Shown: positions 21,311-33,119, numbered from the stretch's first letter. The stretch is 59,320 nucleotides of DNA from Methanomicrobiales archaeon (GCA_037137755.1 JBAXJR010000012.1:1-59320); one strand, 5' to 3'. The notes: generated from the letters alone by a model not told the origin. Translations and numbers: made by a program.

Positions 21311-22866
21311 CTCACATCCCCCTTAATCTGGTCTACTCCGAGGCTGTAGAGGATCCTGATCACTTCTTCCTCATCAACAACCCCTTTACTTACTTCAACC
21401 ATCTGGGCGAAATTCTTGACAAGACCACAATTTGGGCCTTCCGGAGTCTCACTTGGGCAGATCCTGCCCCATTGTGTCGGGTGAAGGTCACGCGCCTCGA
21501 AATGAGGCTGGGAACGGGAGAGCGGGGAGATGACACGACGCAGGTGCGATAGCACGCTCATGTGATCGACACGATCAAGCAGCTGGGAAACACCGGTCCT
21601 GCCTCCCACCCAATTTCCGGTAGCGAGGGGGTGTAACAAACGCTCAGTAAGAACATCAGCACGTACTGCTGTGCCGATGGAGAGATCGCGGTGCCTCATA
21701 CTTGCCCGCTCAAGCTGGTACTTTATATCCCTTGTCAGCCGGTTGAGGGAAATACGGAACAGGTCCTCCATGAGGTCGCCTGCGAGTTTCAGGCGTTTGT
21801 TCGAGTAATGGTCCTTGTCATCAATCCTGCGCTTGTTCAGCACAAGGTCAAAACAGGCCTCTGCCATCCTTCCGAGGAAATGTCCCTTTGCAAGGCGTAC
21901 ACTCTCTACCGTATCACGGTACCCCTCGTCTTCTTCCTTCATGCCAAATGGCATGAGGTAGTTAAGATGCGGGAGCAGGTAGTTATCAAGCACGAATTCA
22001 GCACGTTTCCGCTGGTAATCTCTCGTCTGGTTCGGTGCAAGTTTCTTACCGACATACATGACGCCGCTCTCAACGCTGTCGCACTCGCTTTCCTCGAGGT
22101 TCTGCATCATGAACGTCAGGATGTCTTCGTCGGTCGATACCGCATTAACAACATCATGATCACTCACCATCCCGAGTGCCCTCATAAGGTCGACGAACTT
22201 GAGGTGTCCTGCGACTGACGGGAACGATACTTCAAGCAGGTTCTTCCTGTTCCGTTCAACGACAACAAGAGCACGATACCCGCGGTACTGTGAGAACACC
22301 TTCGCGACATAGATCCGCTCGTTATACCGCTCGGTGAACTCCGTCATGATCTTGTTTGATGCAAGGTCTTCCAGGGTCATGAGGACCCTTTCGGTCCCGT
22401 TGACTATGAAAAAGCCACCCGGGTCGTAGGGGTCTTCACCATGAATTACCCGTTCATCATCACTCATTCCAAAGAGGTTGCAGGCCGTTGAACCGATCAT
22501 GATCGGTAACTGCCCGATCGTGGTCATAATCGGCTCCTGCCGGTCTTCACCCTGGACAAGGGTTAGTTCAAGCTGAATTGGGGCTGCATATGTCAGGTTA
22601 CGGAGTCTCGCTTCGCTTGGAAACAAGTCCCCCTGCGATCCGTCAGCTTCCCTGACGAGCGGTTTTCGCACCTCGATTTTCCCTAATTCAACCCATACCG
22701 GTATATTACTTTTGCCACGGATCTCGATGTCGGTCTCGATTACCCGCTGCTCGTTCACAACTTTCTGGAGGTTGCGAAGAAGAAAATTGTTGTAGGAGTC
22801 AAGTTGGTGGCGCGCCACATGCTCCCGTGAAAAATATGCCCTTGATAAAATGCTTCTGTCGATCAG
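21307..22866 (-). CDS. rpoB2: RNA polymerase subunit B'' (Rpo2N), probable CTG start
   Basis: [37 protein letters not shown]; frame continues upstream of GTG 22818 as [18 protein letters not shown], with GAGGGAG SD at 22876-22882. Confidence 0.93.
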   Translation of the reverse strand: MIDRSILSRAYFSREHVARHQLDSYNNFLLRNLQKVVNEQRVIETDIEIRGKSNIPVWVELGKIEVRKPLVREADGSQGDLFPSEARLRNLTYAAPIQLELTLVQGEDRQEPIMTTIGQLPIMIGSTACNLFGMSDDERVIHGEDPYDPGGFFIVNGTERVLMTLEDLASNKIMTEFTERYNERIYVAKVFSQYRGYRALVVVERNRKNLLEVSFPSVAGHLKFVDLMRALGMVSDHDVVNAVSTDEDILTFMMQNLEESECDSVESGVMYVGKKLAPNQTRDYQRKRAEFVLDNYLLPHLNYLMPFGMKEEDEGYRDTVESVRLAKGHFLGRMAEACFDLVLNKRRIDDKDHYSNKRLKLAGDLMEDLFRISLNRLTRDIKYQLERASMRHRDLSIGTAVRADVLTERLLHPLATGNWVGGRTGVSQLLDRVDHMSVLSHLRRVISPLSRSQPHFEARDLHPTQWGRICPSETPEGPNCGLVKNFAQMVEVSKGVVDEEEVIRILYSLGVDQIKGDVR

Positions 22867-22882
22867 AAATATCAGCTCCCTC

Positions 22883-23134
22883 TTATTTTTTGGGTCTTTT
22901 TACGACAAGCCGGTATGACTCTGCTATACCGGCAGTGTGGCTGGTCCTGATGGTCCGTACCACTTCCCCTACTTTTGCTCCGATGATTTTTACCGCTGGT
23001 TCGTCATGATATATTTTTGGCAGGTGCTCGCTCGTGATTTTGTAGGTGGAGAATAATGTGCTAACCTCCTCCTCACTCATGATTTTATGGTCCGGCACCA
23101 TCACATGTTCAAGCACATTCAGCTTGGTGCTCAT
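22883..23134 (-). CDS. rpoH: RNA polymerase subunit H (Rpo5)
   Basis: HVMVPDH, LPKI..DEPA, SHTAG..YRLVV. Confidence 0.96.
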   Translation of the reverse strand: MSTKLNVLEHVMVPDHKIMSEEEVSTLFSTYKITSEHLPKIYHDEPAVKIIGAKVGEVVRTIRTSHTAGIAESYRLVVKRPKK

Positions 23135-23213
23135 TAAAAAACCCCCTCTTTCATAAATTGCGTCTCCTCCAGATGCATCACCAAATAAAAACCCACAGGC
23201 TGTACCGTGGCAG

Positions 23214-23287
23214 CGGGCCCGGAGGGATTTGAACCCCCGACCACCTGGTTAAAAGCCAGGCGCTCTACCTAACTGAGCTACGAACCC
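23214..23287 (-). tRNA. tRNA-Lys(TTT)
   Basis: Reverse complement GGGTTCGTAGCTCAG...CCTGG-CTTTTAA-CCAGG...GGTTCAAATCCCTCCGGGCCCG. Confidence 0.95.
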
Positions 23288-23602
23288 ACGGGTACATGCC
23301 ACACAGCATTAAAACAAGGTAAGAAAACTATATAAACATTCCCACAAAATATAACTAGTTCGCACAGACGAATTCTATTTTATTTGCTTCTTTGCCGAAA
23401 GGGGAACCATATCCTGCAGATGGATTTTGATTTACAATTGTTTATGAAGCGTAAATGTGCGCGTTAATTTTGTTACCCGGTTCCTGGTATCACCAGAGAG
23501 CGCGGGGCCTGGTTGTTACCATGCTACCAGGAGCGGGCCGCTGAAAAAAACGGGTCTGAAATTTTTCCCGGATAATTCCATCCGTGTGACTAGGGCCCGG
23601 AA

Positions 23603-24862
23603 ATGCAGGATCTGCAGAAGAAAGAGAGTATTTTTAAACCACAAATAATAAATAACAGCTACGTAATGACTGACCTGATTCGCTGGCTTAATAAAAACCG
23701 CTCTTTTTTTCAACCTGACGAATCGTTCTCGGCACGAGCTATCCGCCATATAAGTAACGTCGAACGAAACAAGTTATTTTCACCTGATATCGAGCATATG
23801 CGGACTGCGGAGGGGAGGTGGTTTGAAGCGATCGTTTACGAGCTGTTCCTGGACGCAGGAGAGATTACGGACGAAATAGGGGGGGTGGCAGTGAAGGGAG
23901 CAGATGCTCCAAAAGGAAGGAGAAATATCCACCTCGGCCAGAACGGATTTTTTTATTCCCGGAACGGGGATATTACCATCCGGGGTAATGGCCAGGACCT
24001 CGCAGAATTTGACCTTCTCCTGCTCGACCGGGACAAGCGGATCGCTTTTGGAGAGGTCGTGACTTCTCCATCAGATTTGAAAGAGTTCGAAAAGGAGATC
24101 GAATATAAGAAACGGCTTCTTGGATATCTTTTTGCCCAGCCGAGCGTGCCATTCCTGCTGGTCTCATCATTTGATATTTCCCACTTTTCCGTAGTACGCC
24201 GGTTGATGAAATCAAGGGATAACATCAATATCCAGACAATTACCTGTGAACAGATAAAAGCCCTGGTAAACCGGGGTGCACCGGGAAAAGAGTACAAACA
24301 TACCCGGAACCATAAAAAAACCTTCCTTGCAACAGACCTCGTCCAGAAGAAGCCGTTTGACTACCTTCGTTATCATGACTGGGAGAGAAACAAGGTCTTT
24401 TCACAGGTAAGCAACCATGTCAATGTCAGGAATACACCAAATCCGGAGGAAACTGCAGTACTTGTTAAAAAAATTCTCTATGGCGGGCTCTATCCTTCTG
24501 CAATAAAATCCCTGTGCAAAGAGCATGAGATCAGTATCAGGGGTGAGAAACTGGATTTCAATGACGTCATGCATAATTTTTCCAAGGTAATTCTTGCAAC
24601 TGATCTTCCCGGGTATGATCCTCTCATGTACCTTCGGCCCAAGCAAAAACGGGAGTACCTGAAGATGGTCCAGGATAAAGAGGGGAATTTCAAGTATGAA
24701 CGCCGGACCCCACCAAAAGTCGGTTTCTTCCTCTGGCTCGAGTCCCTTCCACCCACACTTGGGACGAGGATCACCCACCAGATCCTTGATGCATTTTCGC
24801 CGGCAAATGGGAGCGGGAAAGGTGAAAAACCTCTGCTAGAGGTAATGAACCGCCAGAATTGA
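23603..24862 (+). CDS. Hypothetical protein with a PD-(D/E)XK nuclease-like N-terminal domain
   Basis: GRWFEAIVYE...EFDLLLL...IAFGEVVTS; start may be ATG 23666. Confidence 0.5.
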   Translation: MQDLQKKESIFKPQIINNSYVMTDLIRWLNKNRSFFQPDESFSARAIRHISNVERNKLFSPDIEHMRTAEGRWFEAIVYELFLDAGEITDEIGGVAVKGADAPKGRRNIHLGQNGFFYSRNGDITIRGNGQDLAEFDLLLLDRDKRIAFGEVVTSPSDLKEFEKEIEYKKRLLGYLFAQPSVPFLLVSSFDISHFSVVRRLMKSRDNINIQTITCEQIKALVNRGAPGKEYKHTRNHKKTFLATDLVQKKPFDYLRYHDWERNKVFSQVSNHVNVRNTPNPEETAVLVKKILYGGLYPSAIKSLCKEHEISIRGEKLDFNDVMHNFSKVILATDLPGYDPLMYLRPKQKREYLKMVQDKEGNFKYERRTPPKVGFFLWLESLPPTLGTRITHQILDAFSPANGSGKGEKPLLEVMNRQN

Positions 24863-24946
24863 AGATTGCTTGCCCTTTCAAAAGGTATAATAAACCGCCG
24901 GTAGAGAAACCTATCAGGATAGCATAGTACTCCCCGGGAACTTATC

Positions 24947-25483
24947 ATGTTACAAAGGGCACTCTCTACATTTTTTTTCTGCTCCATTATTATTGCCTCT
25001 GCCTGCCTGGTTGCAGGGTGCGTATCGGGCCAGGGAAAGGCAGGTCCTGCATCACCGGTTATCCCGGTGACTATCGTTACACCCAGCGTCATGCAGTTCA
25101 CTAAACAGCCACATAACCTTACGGTGCAGGAAAACGCCGAATTGCATGCAGGAAATTTGTCGCTCGTCTTTTCTGTCAGGGACAAGAGCCGGGATCCGAT
25201 AAAGCAGACAGTAAGTTTTGAACTGACGATAAAAAATGTGGGTAACGGGACTGTCGAGGATCTCCAGAAAAAATTATCTGAATTATATGCGACCGATCGA
25301 TCGGGAAGGCACTATAGTGTACCCACGCATGTAGCCCTGATAGGGCTTAAACCCGGAGAGATACGAAGCGGTACCGTTGAAATATCAAATGTCCCGGACC
25401 AGGCCCTCCCAGGTCTTGTATTTCACTACCGGTTCGGCAACGAGGAAGCCTCCTGGGTGATCATCCCGGAAACACCGGTCTGA
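24947..25483 (+). CDS. Predicted lipoprotein with Ig-like (DUF4352-like) domain
   Basis: Lipobox-like LVAGC, FELTIKNVG, LKPGEIRSGTV. Confidence 0.65.
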   Translation: MLQRALSTFFFCSIIIASACLVAGCVSGQGKAGPASPVIPVTIVTPSVMQFTKQPHNLTVQENAELHAGNLSLVFSVRDKSRDPIKQTVSFELTIKNVGNGTVEDLQKKLSELYATDRSGRHYSVPTHVALIGLKPGEIRSGTVEISNVPDQALPGLVFHYRFGNEEASWVIIPETPV

Positions 25484-25650
25484 AGCTTCCAGGGGTACCA
25501 CAAATACCAGATTTTTTTTTTCTTAACCCTTAATGGCAGGCTAATGTCTGCCAGAATTTCTTCAATTGTGTAAAATAATATATTTCACTGCCTTTGGAAG
25601 GACTTCTTCATAAAAAACTGCTCTGTTGCCACCACTGGTACTGAGGCGGA

Positions 25651-25823
25651 GGGGGGTTTACCTCCTCCCTGTCCCACCACAGGTGAGATAAACTTTCGGG
25701 CAGGGTTCAACAGTAGAATTCCTGAAAATTACGGAGATTAAAGATTTATTCCCTATCCCAACCGGGGTCACCACGGAGGCAGGGCGGAGCCCAGGGAGCG
25801 TGGGGAAATGTTAGAACAACCCC
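25651..25823. repeat. Degenerate intergenic repeat, copy B
   Basis: See copy A; blocks TTCGGGCAGGGT (25695-25706) and ATTCCCTATCCCA (25748-25760) are identical in both. Confidence 0.75.
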
Positions 25824-25860
25824 AAACTGATATGAACGTATTCATGCATTTCTGCAGGGA

Positions 25861-25902
25861 AAAAAAGAAATCACGGACCCTGGGGAGGTCCAGTGATTTT
25901 TT
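25861..25902 (-). terminator. Hairpin plus T-tract downstream of the glutamate synthase gene
   Basis: AAATCAC-GGACC...GGTCC-A-GTGATTT stem flanked by A and T runs. Confidence 0.55.
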
Positions 25903-25916
25903 AGTCCTTTTTTGAT

Positions 25917-27506
25917 TTAGTCAAGGAGGATGCTGTTTGCCTTGTCCTTGTATGCATCCATAACATACGGGATGCCAGATATGCGGCTTGATTCCTCTGT
26001 TAATGCCATCACATCATTTCTGGATATTGTCTTGAGATTGAAATTCCTGCTTCCTGCCATCAGCTGCTGGAGGCCGGTCCTGAATTTCTGTGCGTAGGTG
26101 TAGATACCAATCGCACCCATCGGGATCTCTTTAAACCTTGCGCCGTACTTTTCTTTGAGCTCTTCATACGCGACAAATATTTCCTCCGGCTTTGTCCCAA
26201 ACTTCGAGACTGATTTCGGGAGGTCGCCGTCTTTTATCCACTTTTCGATGTTCTTTCCTGTCATCCCGGGGATCATGAGAGCCCGGCCCATGCAGACTGC
26301 CTTGACATAGGGGCTACCCATTGCGAGTGATTTGAAGACATTCGGTTCATCGGAGAATCCACCGGCGATCGCAATATCAGGTACCCTGATACCTCTCTTT
26401 TTCAGCTTCTCGCAGTACTGGTTTGCCAGTGCCTGCAGGTAGAACGTCGGGATTCCCCACTCGTTCATCATCGGCCACGGGCTCATACCGGTACCTCCGG
26501 AAGCACCATCGATGGTAAGGAGGTCAATCTTTGCATCTGCCGAGAAGCGAATTGCCATTGCAAGTTCTACTGCGGAATATGCCCCGGTCTTCAACGTAAC
26601 CCGTTTGAAACCGATATCACGGAGACGGTCTACCTCTTCGAGGAAGCCTTCTTTTGTCACAAACCCGAGACGGGAATGTCGCTCGAACTCCTTGATTGCT
26701 CCCGCCTCAAAGGCCTTCCTGATCTCTGGAAGTGTCGGGTCAGGCAGAACAATATATCCACGCTTTTTCAGTTCAATTGCCCGTTCCAGGGACTTTACCT
26801 TGATCTCTCCGCCTATGCACTTGGCGCCCTGGCCCCATTTCAGTTCGATGGTGTCGAGGTTATGCTTTGAAGAAACATATTCGGCTGTCCCGAGTCGGGT
26901 GTCCTCGACATTCATCTGGACTAGCATCTCTCCATACCCGTCGTAGAACTTCTTGTAAATACCAATCCTGCGGTCCATTTCAGGGGACTCTGACACTTTG
27001 CCTTTGCTATCGAGTTTAAGGCCTGGATCAATCCCACAAACATTCTCTCCGCAGACGATGGTAATACCGGAAATTGCTGCACCAATGGCAAAATGTTCCC
27101 AATTGATCCGTGCAATATCTGTGGATCCCAGTGCTCCGGTAAAAATCGGCAGGCGCATCTTGACTTTCTTATCCCACCCGTACTCGGTTTCGGTGTCAAC
27201 TGATGAGAATACGGCACTATCCGGGCCGATATCTGTCCCTTCTGGCAGGCCTTTTGCGCCAACCGCGTATCCCTGGATATTCAGGTGTGAATAATCAACA
27301 GGGTAGTTTTTGTCCGCACCCGCAGTGATCTCTCCAAAAGGTCCGGGGTACAGGACTTCACGTCCGCGGAATGATGATAACCAGGTCTCGCAGCCTCCTT
27401 TACATCCATCGATGCAACGGGTACAGATCCCTGACATGGGCGATACGTCCCGGGAGCGGTTTACCGTTCCGGTCGCTTCGTTTGCGTTCGGTCGTCTAAG
27501 ATTCAT
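25917..27506 (-). CDS. FMN-binding glutamate synthase family protein (archaeal stand-alone GltB FMN domain)
   Basis: N-terminal CTRCIDGCKGGC, IELKWGQGAK.IGGE, TIDGASGGTG, IAGG, MGRA; start ATG 27506 after AGGAG. Confidence 0.88.
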   Translation of the reverse strand: MNLRRPNANEATGTVNRSRDVSPMSGICTRCIDGCKGGCETWLSSFRGREVLYPGPFGEITAGADKNYPVDYSHLNIQGYAVGAKGLPEGTDIGPDSAVFSSVDTETEYGWDKKVKMRLPIFTGALGSTDIARINWEHFAIGAAISGITIVCGENVCGIDPGLKLDSKGKVSESPEMDRRIGIYKKFYDGYGEMLVQMNVEDTRLGTAEYVSSKHNLDTIELKWGQGAKCIGGEIKVKSLERAIELKKRGYIVLPDPTLPEIRKAFEAGAIKEFERHSRLGFVTKEGFLEEVDRLRDIGFKRVTLKTGAYSAVELAMAIRFSADAKIDLLTIDGASGGTGMSPWPMMNEWGIPTFYLQALANQYCEKLKKRGIRVPDIAIAGGFSDEPNVFKSLAMGSPYVKAVCMGRALMIPGMTGKNIEKWIKDGDLPKSVSKFGTKPEEIFVAYEELKEKYGARFKEIPMGAIGIYTYAQKFRTGLQQLMAGSRNFNLKTISRNDVMALTEESSRISGIPYVMDAYKDKANSILLD

Positions 27507-27781
27507 TAACTCTCTCCTGATGCTCTCTATAAATGGCCTTGAACAATCAAGGGTTGTCCGAGCGACAATGCTCAAACAAAAGAGTTTGGTTTTTATACCG
27601 ATATAAGCACTTGCCTTCTGTTGCACATATATAGTTTATGGTTATTTGGTCGTAGAATTGAAGAATAACGGAAATTTGAATAAAAAAACGTTGAAATATC
27701 TGCTTTTACCCGATGCCCTGGTTGATCATCCTTAACAATATAAATTCGGGTCACACCCGGTGGAAGCTCTATGCAGGTCGA

Positions 27782-28894
27782 TCATTTCAATGGGACCAGT
27801 TCGTATGCCGATGAACCGAGACCAATCTCCTCTCCATACCTGATCTGCAGGTAGGCATCGGTATTTGCCCTGAGTCCTTTGAATTTATCCTCTCCCTTGT
27901 GGTGATTGTGCAGAAGCAGTGACCCGGGATTTCCCAGCTGGCCATTCACAAGGTCGAAGCTTGCAGCATCGATCGCCACGGGGTCTCTCGACGCGAGGAT
28001 CCCGATATCAGGGACGACGGGGGCATCACTCCATGGGACACAGTCACAGTCCGGAGTAATATGGGTCAGGAAATTCATGTAACCTGTACGCGATTCCTTG
28101 CCCTTGACGGCCCCGGCAGCATACTCAACAATGCGCTCTATAAATTGCGGGATCTCGGTCTCCCAGTCAATATCGATTGCCCCTTCGGGACAGATAGTCA
28201 TACATTCAAAGCACCCGATGCATGCTGACCTGTCAATTGATGATTTCTCATTTATGATCGTGATTGCAATTTTCGGGCAGACCTGTACACATTTACCGCA
28301 CCCGGTACAGGCCCCTTCGATACTAAGCGGCCGGGCCGAATGCTGTGCCTGTTTTCCGGATGTAGATGCACAACCCATACCCAGGTTTTTTATCGCCCCG
28401 CCAAATCCTGCAACCTCGTGGCCTTTGAAGTGTGAAAGGACGACCATACTCTCCGCTGCAGCGATATCTCCTGAAATTATTACATTTTTGAAGTGCTTTT
28501 TCTGAATCTCAACGGATTTTGTGTTACCCCCGGAAAGCCCGTCTGCGATGATGACCGGGGCACCGACTACAGAATAATCAAACCCGTGGAGGATTGCTGT
28601 TTCAATATGGTCTGCAGCATTTGACCGGCTCCCGAGGTACAGGGTATTTGAATCAGTAACAAAAGGCTTCCCCCCGTATGCCCTGACTTTATCGACGACC
28701 TGGCGGACGAATACCGGGCTGATATAGGAATCATTCCCGAGTTCGCCAAAATGTAATTTTATAGCAGTCAGCCCATTTTTACGTATAGTCTCCCCAAACC
28801 CGGCTGATTCGAACAGGCGGTTAATCTTCGAGACCGTGTTATCCCGCGGGTCCCTTGCCCTCATATTTGCGAAATAGACTTTTTGTTTTGACAT
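27782..28894 (-). CDS. DUF362 Fe-S protein with 2x[4Fe-4S] ferredoxin domain
   Basis: IKLHFGELGN, SHFKGH..GFGGAIKNLGMG, two CxxCxxCxxxCP motifs, PDCDC, DPVAID. Confidence 0.9.
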   Translation of the reverse strand: MSKQKVYFANMRARDPRDNTVSKINRLFESAGFGETIRKNGLTAIKLHFGELGNDSYISPVFVRQVVDKVRAYGGKPFVTDSNTLYLGSRSNAADHIETAILHGFDYSVVGAPVIIADGLSGGNTKSVEIQKKHFKNVIISGDIAAAESMVVLSHFKGHEVAGFGGAIKNLGMGCASTSGKQAQHSARPLSIEGACTGCGKCVQVCPKIAITIINEKSSIDRSACIGCFECMTICPEGAIDIDWETEIPQFIERIVEYAAGAVKGKESRTGYMNFLTHITPDCDCVPWSDAPVVPDIGILASRDPVAIDAASFDLVNGQLGNPGSLLLHNHHKGEDKFKGLRANTDAYLQIRYGEEIGLGSSAYELVPLK

Positions 28895-29214
28895 GGCAAC
28901 ACACCATAATGAACAGGTATTTTTGTTATCCCGGGTGCCGGATATTATTGATCAATAATCAGCACGATGAATAAAACACTTTCCAATTGATAAAACTGAC
29001 AAAAAAACCAAGCAGACTCCGAAAAACACCCGCTGCACTACCCATGAGAACTCGCTCATTCCTATCGGCCAGTCATTAGAGCATTCCCACACCCTGGAAA
29101 ATAAATATCTTAAAAAAAATGACCCTGGTGTCGGGGAACGATATTCCCCGGCCTGCATTTCGCGGTTATTTTACCACATTCATTCATCCGGACTAATCGA
29201 TGTTCCGGCAGCCA

Positions 29215-31662
29215 TTATGTTACCTGGATCCGCTTTCTTTGTTCCACCTCAGGAATATATGTTTTTAACAGGAGGGACAGGCTCACGACGGTGACGGAAC
29301 TCAGTGCCATGGCAAGCGCAGCGAGCTCCGGCCTGAACATAATGCCAAAAGATGGATAAAGTACCCCTGCAGCAACCGGGATAAGCGCCGCATTGTACGC
29401 AAAGGCCCAGAAAATGTTGCCCCTTATCCTGCCCATAACTTTCTTCGACAGCTGGATTGCAGCCACAGAATCTGCCAGGTCATCCCGGATCAGTACAATG
29501 TCCCCGCTCTCGATTGCTATATCTGTACCGCTGCCGATGGCGATTCCCACATCTGCACGTGCAAGCGCCGGGGCATCGTTAATCCCGTCACCGACAAATG
29601 CCACAATTTCCCCCTTTTCCTGCATGGCCTGGACCCGGGACGCCTTGTCCCGGGGGAGCACTTCCGCAACCACCTCTGAAATTCCAACCTTACCCGCGAT
29701 CGCTTCAGCGGTGCGACGGTTATCACCGGTTATCATCACCACCTTCACACCCATCTCACCGAGGCTCGAAACCGCCCGGTATGCAGACTCTTTTAAGGTG
29801 TCTGCTATTCCGATTACACCCGCCATACTTCCTCCGGCAGCAACAAGGACCGCAGTCTTCCCTTCCTGTTCGATCAGGGTGATCCTGGATTCGGTCTCGT
29901 TATCCACGGGTACACCCCTGTCCTGCATCAATGCCCGGTTCCCTGCCAGCACTTCTTCCCCGAGGACCAGGCCGACGACACCCTTTCCATTTATCGTGTC
30001 AAATTTTTCTGCCGTTTCCTTCAAAACTCCCCTTCGCTTTGCTTCCCTGACTATCGCCTGTGCAAGGGGATGTTGTGAACCGTTTTCCACTGCAGCAGTA
30101 ATGGAAAGTAACGTCGCTTCTGGAATACCAAACCTGATGATATCGGTTACCTCAGGTTGTCCTTTTGTGAGGGTGCCCGTCTTGTCAAAGACCATGGTGG
30201 TAATTTTTTCTGCAACTTCAAGGGCTTCACCGTTTTTTATTAAAATTCCAAGTTCTGCACCCCGTCCCACCCCTACGGTCACCGCAGTCGGTGTTGCCAG
30301 TCCCAGTGCGCACGGGCAGGCAACCACAAGCACGGAGATCATCGCCGTAAGAGCGAAAAGCAGGCTGCCCCCGAGGAGATAATACCATGAGACGAATGTA
30401 ATGGCGGCGATTAGCAATACCACCGGGATAAAGTAGGTAACCGCGATGTCGGCAATTCTCTGCACCGGAGGTTTCGACCCCTGTGCATCCTCGACCAGCT
30501 GGATAATCTGTGCGAGGACAGTCTCTTTTCCCACCTTCACAACCTTCACATTAAGGACACTGTTCTGGTTTATCGTGCCACCGACAACCCGGTCCCCGGT
30601 ACGTTTAAGCGGTGGAACCGGCTCTCCCGTGATCATCGCCTCGTTGACGTAGCTCTCCCCTGCAGCCACTTCTCCGTCTACCGGTACTTTCGCCCCGGGT
30701 TTGACGACAACGATATCCCCGGGCACCACGTCTTCGACAGGGATCTCCTCCTCCACACCGTCACGAAGGACAATCGCACTTTTAGCCCCAAGCCCCGCGA
30801 GCTTTTTAATCGCATCGGACGTCCTTCCCTTCGCCTTTGCCTCAAGGTAACGACCAAGTATCAGGAACGATGCCAGCATTATTGCCGCATCGTAAAACAT
30901 GAACCCGGGGTCAAGGACGATATTAAAAGTCCCGAGGACACTTGAGCCGTAGGCGATCCCGGTACCCATGGCATACATTACGTCCATGTTGAGCGAACGG
31001 TTCCGGAGTGCCATATGCGCTGCCCGGAAGATCGGGTAGGCAACATACACGAAAACCGGGGTCCCTATGATGAACATGAAATACGCCATGTTCTGCATGG
31101 TAACTGGCAGGGGGACCCACATCATGAGCATCAGGGGAATGCTTACCGCAAACCCGATTGAGAAGCGTACGAGCTTATCGTGAAGGTCCTTTTCCCGTGC
31201 CTTTTTTTCAGCCTCCTCGCTGATCTCCCCGGCAAGGCCCAGGTACTGGTACCCCGCATCTTCGATCGCGAATTTCATTTCGGGAACCCCGGTTACTGAC
31301 GGGTTATAGATCACGTAGGCCTTTTCAGTACCAAGGTTGACCGTTGCCGATGCCACGCCCGGAAGTGCCCGCAATGCCGCTTCGATAGTCTGGACACAGG
31401 TGGCACAGACCATTCCCCCCACCTTGATCACAGCTTCACGGTTCACTACTTCGTACCCGGCATCGGTAACCGCCTTTTCAAGGTCTTTAACTGATACTTT
31501 AGCAGGGTCAAACTCGACATGCGCCGTATCGGTCCCAAAGTTCACCTGGGCATTTGAAACGCTTTCCACCTTTGAAAGGGACTCTTCGATATTGATTGCA
31601 CAGGTCGCGCAATGCATCCCTGAAATCTTCAGTTCTGCTTTTTTCTTTTGTTCCCCGGGCAT
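29215..31662 (-). CDS. copA: Cu(I)-translocating P1B-type ATPase with two HMA domains
   Basis: [43 protein letters not shown] and MALSS. Confidence 0.95.
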   Translation of the reverse strand: MPGEQKKKAELKISGMHCATCAINIEESLSKVESVSNAQVNFGTDTAHVEFDPAKVSVKDLEKAVTDAGYEVVNREAVIKVGGMVCATCVQTIEAALRALPGVASATVNLGTEKAYVIYNPSVTGVPEMKFAIEDAGYQYLGLAGEISEEAEKKAREKDLHDKLVRFSIGFAVSIPLMLMMWVPLPVTMQNMAYFMFIIGTPVFVYVAYPIFRAAHMALRNRSLNMDVMYAMGTGIAYGSSVLGTFNIVLDPGFMFYDAAIMLASFLILGRYLEAKAKGRTSDAIKKLAGLGAKSAIVLRDGVEEEIPVEDVVPGDIVVVKPGAKVPVDGEVAAGESYVNEAMITGEPVPPLKRTGDRVVGGTINQNSVLNVKVVKVGKETVLAQIIQLVEDAQGSKPPVQRIADIAVTYFIPVVLLIAAITFVSWYYLLGGSLLFALTAMISVLVVACPCALGLATPTAVTVGVGRGAELGILIKNGEALEVAEKITTMVFDKTGTLTKGQPEVTDIIRFGIPEATLLSITAAVENGSQHPLAQAIVREAKRRGVLKETAEKFDTINGKGVVGLVLGEEVLAGNRALMQDRGVPVDNETESRITLIEQEGKTAVLVAAGGSMAGVIGIADTLKESAYRAVSSLGEMGVKVVMITGDNRRTAEAIAGKVGISEVVAEVLPRDKASRVQAMQEKGEIVAFVGDGINDAPALARADVGIAIGSGTDIAIESGDIVLIRDDLADSVAAIQLSKKVMGRIRGNIFWAFAYNAALIPVAAGVLYPSFGIMFRPELAALAMALSSVTVVSLSLLLKTYIPEVEQRKRIQVT

Positions 31663-31766
31663 ATGGTAGAACTAAAACATTCCGGTTATTTAAATTACAC
31701 CTGTATTTTCGGTATCTGGTTTTTATGACGTGGTATCTTTTGCGGCAGTCCCGTTTGTCCGGTCAC

Positions 31767-33005
31767 TCACACAAATGTGAGCCACGCCACGAATATCACG
31801 CCGGTTACAAGGGTAAAGGGGATACCAAGCCTGAGGAACTCGATAAACGTTATTGTTTCACCCTGTCGTTCCGCATTCTGGATCACGATAATATTACTTG
31901 CAGCCCCGAGAATTGTCAGGTTACCAGCAAGCGTGCTCCCGGATGCAAGCGCCATCGTCTCATTCACAGACATCCCTGCCTGCTGGAACATGGGGGTAAA
32001 CAGTGCAACAAACGGGACATTGGAGATGAACTGGCTGATGAGAAGACTTGTTGAATACAGGAGAAAAACAGACGAGGTTGCTGCTACCGGGACTGCAGCC
32101 TGGAAGAAACCCGTTGTAAACACCGCAGCCATCAGGACGAACATCGATATGAAGAAAACCAGCGTCGGCCAGTCAATTTTTTGGATTATTTCCACTCTTT
32201 TTCGGGAAAACAGAATAACCGGGGCAGCTCCCGCAATTGCAATCGCGAGTAATGGTACCGTATATACTACCCCAAAAGGATGCAGGCTGAGGATGACCTG
32301 CAGGATGATGCAGCATATGATAAGAGTGAGAGAAATTTTCAGGACCCGGGTAAGTTCCGGGTCTGCAGGTTGCACGTCTCCGGTTATACAGATATTTTTC
32401 CCGGTATCCTCTGGGTAGAAGAACCGGATAAAGAGGACAAGGACCACAAGAGAAATTATCGTCGGGATACCCAGGTACAGCAAAAATATCCCGAATGGAT
32501 TTGAATACCCACACTCTGTCGCAATCAGGAGGTTCTGGGGGTTACCAATCGGGCTCAGCACGCTCCCGGTGGTAATGGCAAAACAGAGGGAGAGAAGGAG
32601 CATTTTAATGCTCAATCCCAGGCGACGGCCCAGGTACAGGGCGAGTGGCGTCCCGATAATCGCAAGGGTGTCGTTCATGAGAAAGGCAGAAAGAAACGCC
32701 ATCGAGAAAATAAAAAGCAAAATGAACTGCCAGGAGTTTTTACAGTGTGATACCAGGTGTTGGGAAATGGTAAACAGGTAGCCGCTCTCTGCAAGGGCCT
32801 CGCCGACAATAAACATCCCGAACAGGAAGACCATTACGTCAATATTGACAGACCGGGCCGCATCAGGCATTGATATCTGGCCTGTAATAAGTACGGCAAC
32901 AGCACCTGCACCCATTACCTGCCAGATACGGAACCGGAACTGCCCTACCTGGCGGACTGCTATCAGCAAAAATACGGCCAGGAGAATAATGAGTGACAGT
33001 TCCAT
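31767..33005 (-). CDS. ArsB/NhaD (SLC13-like) anion permease
   Basis: SAFLMND, SPIGNPQN, SQFISNVP, GNLTILGAASN. Confidence 0.85.
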   Translation of the reverse strand: MELSLIILLAVFLLIAVRQVGQFRFRIWQVMGAGAVAVLITGQISMPDAARSVNIDVMVFLFGMFIVGEALAESGYLFTISQHLVSHCKNSWQFILLFIFSMAFLSAFLMNDTLAIIGTPLALYLGRRLGLSIKMLLLSLCFAITTGSVLSPIGNPQNLLIATECGYSNPFGIFLLYLGIPTIISLVVLVLFIRFFYPEDTGKNICITGDVQPADPELTRVLKISLTLIICCIILQVILSLHPFGVVYTVPLLAIAIAGAAPVILFSRKRVEIIQKIDWPTLVFFISMFVLMAAVFTTGFFQAAVPVAATSSVFLLYSTSLLISQFISNVPFVALFTPMFQQAGMSVNETMALASGSTLAGNLTILGAASNIIVIQNAERQGETITFIEFLRLGIPFTLVTGVIFVAWLTFV

Positions 33006-33119
33006 TGTTATTACCGGGATTTTTTTTGTTCTCCACAGATGACCCCTGCAGACAGGGCACGATGAGGTCCAGGGACCACCTTTGTAGTTTCCCGGAACCC
33101 ATCATTTTGAAGGAAGAAT

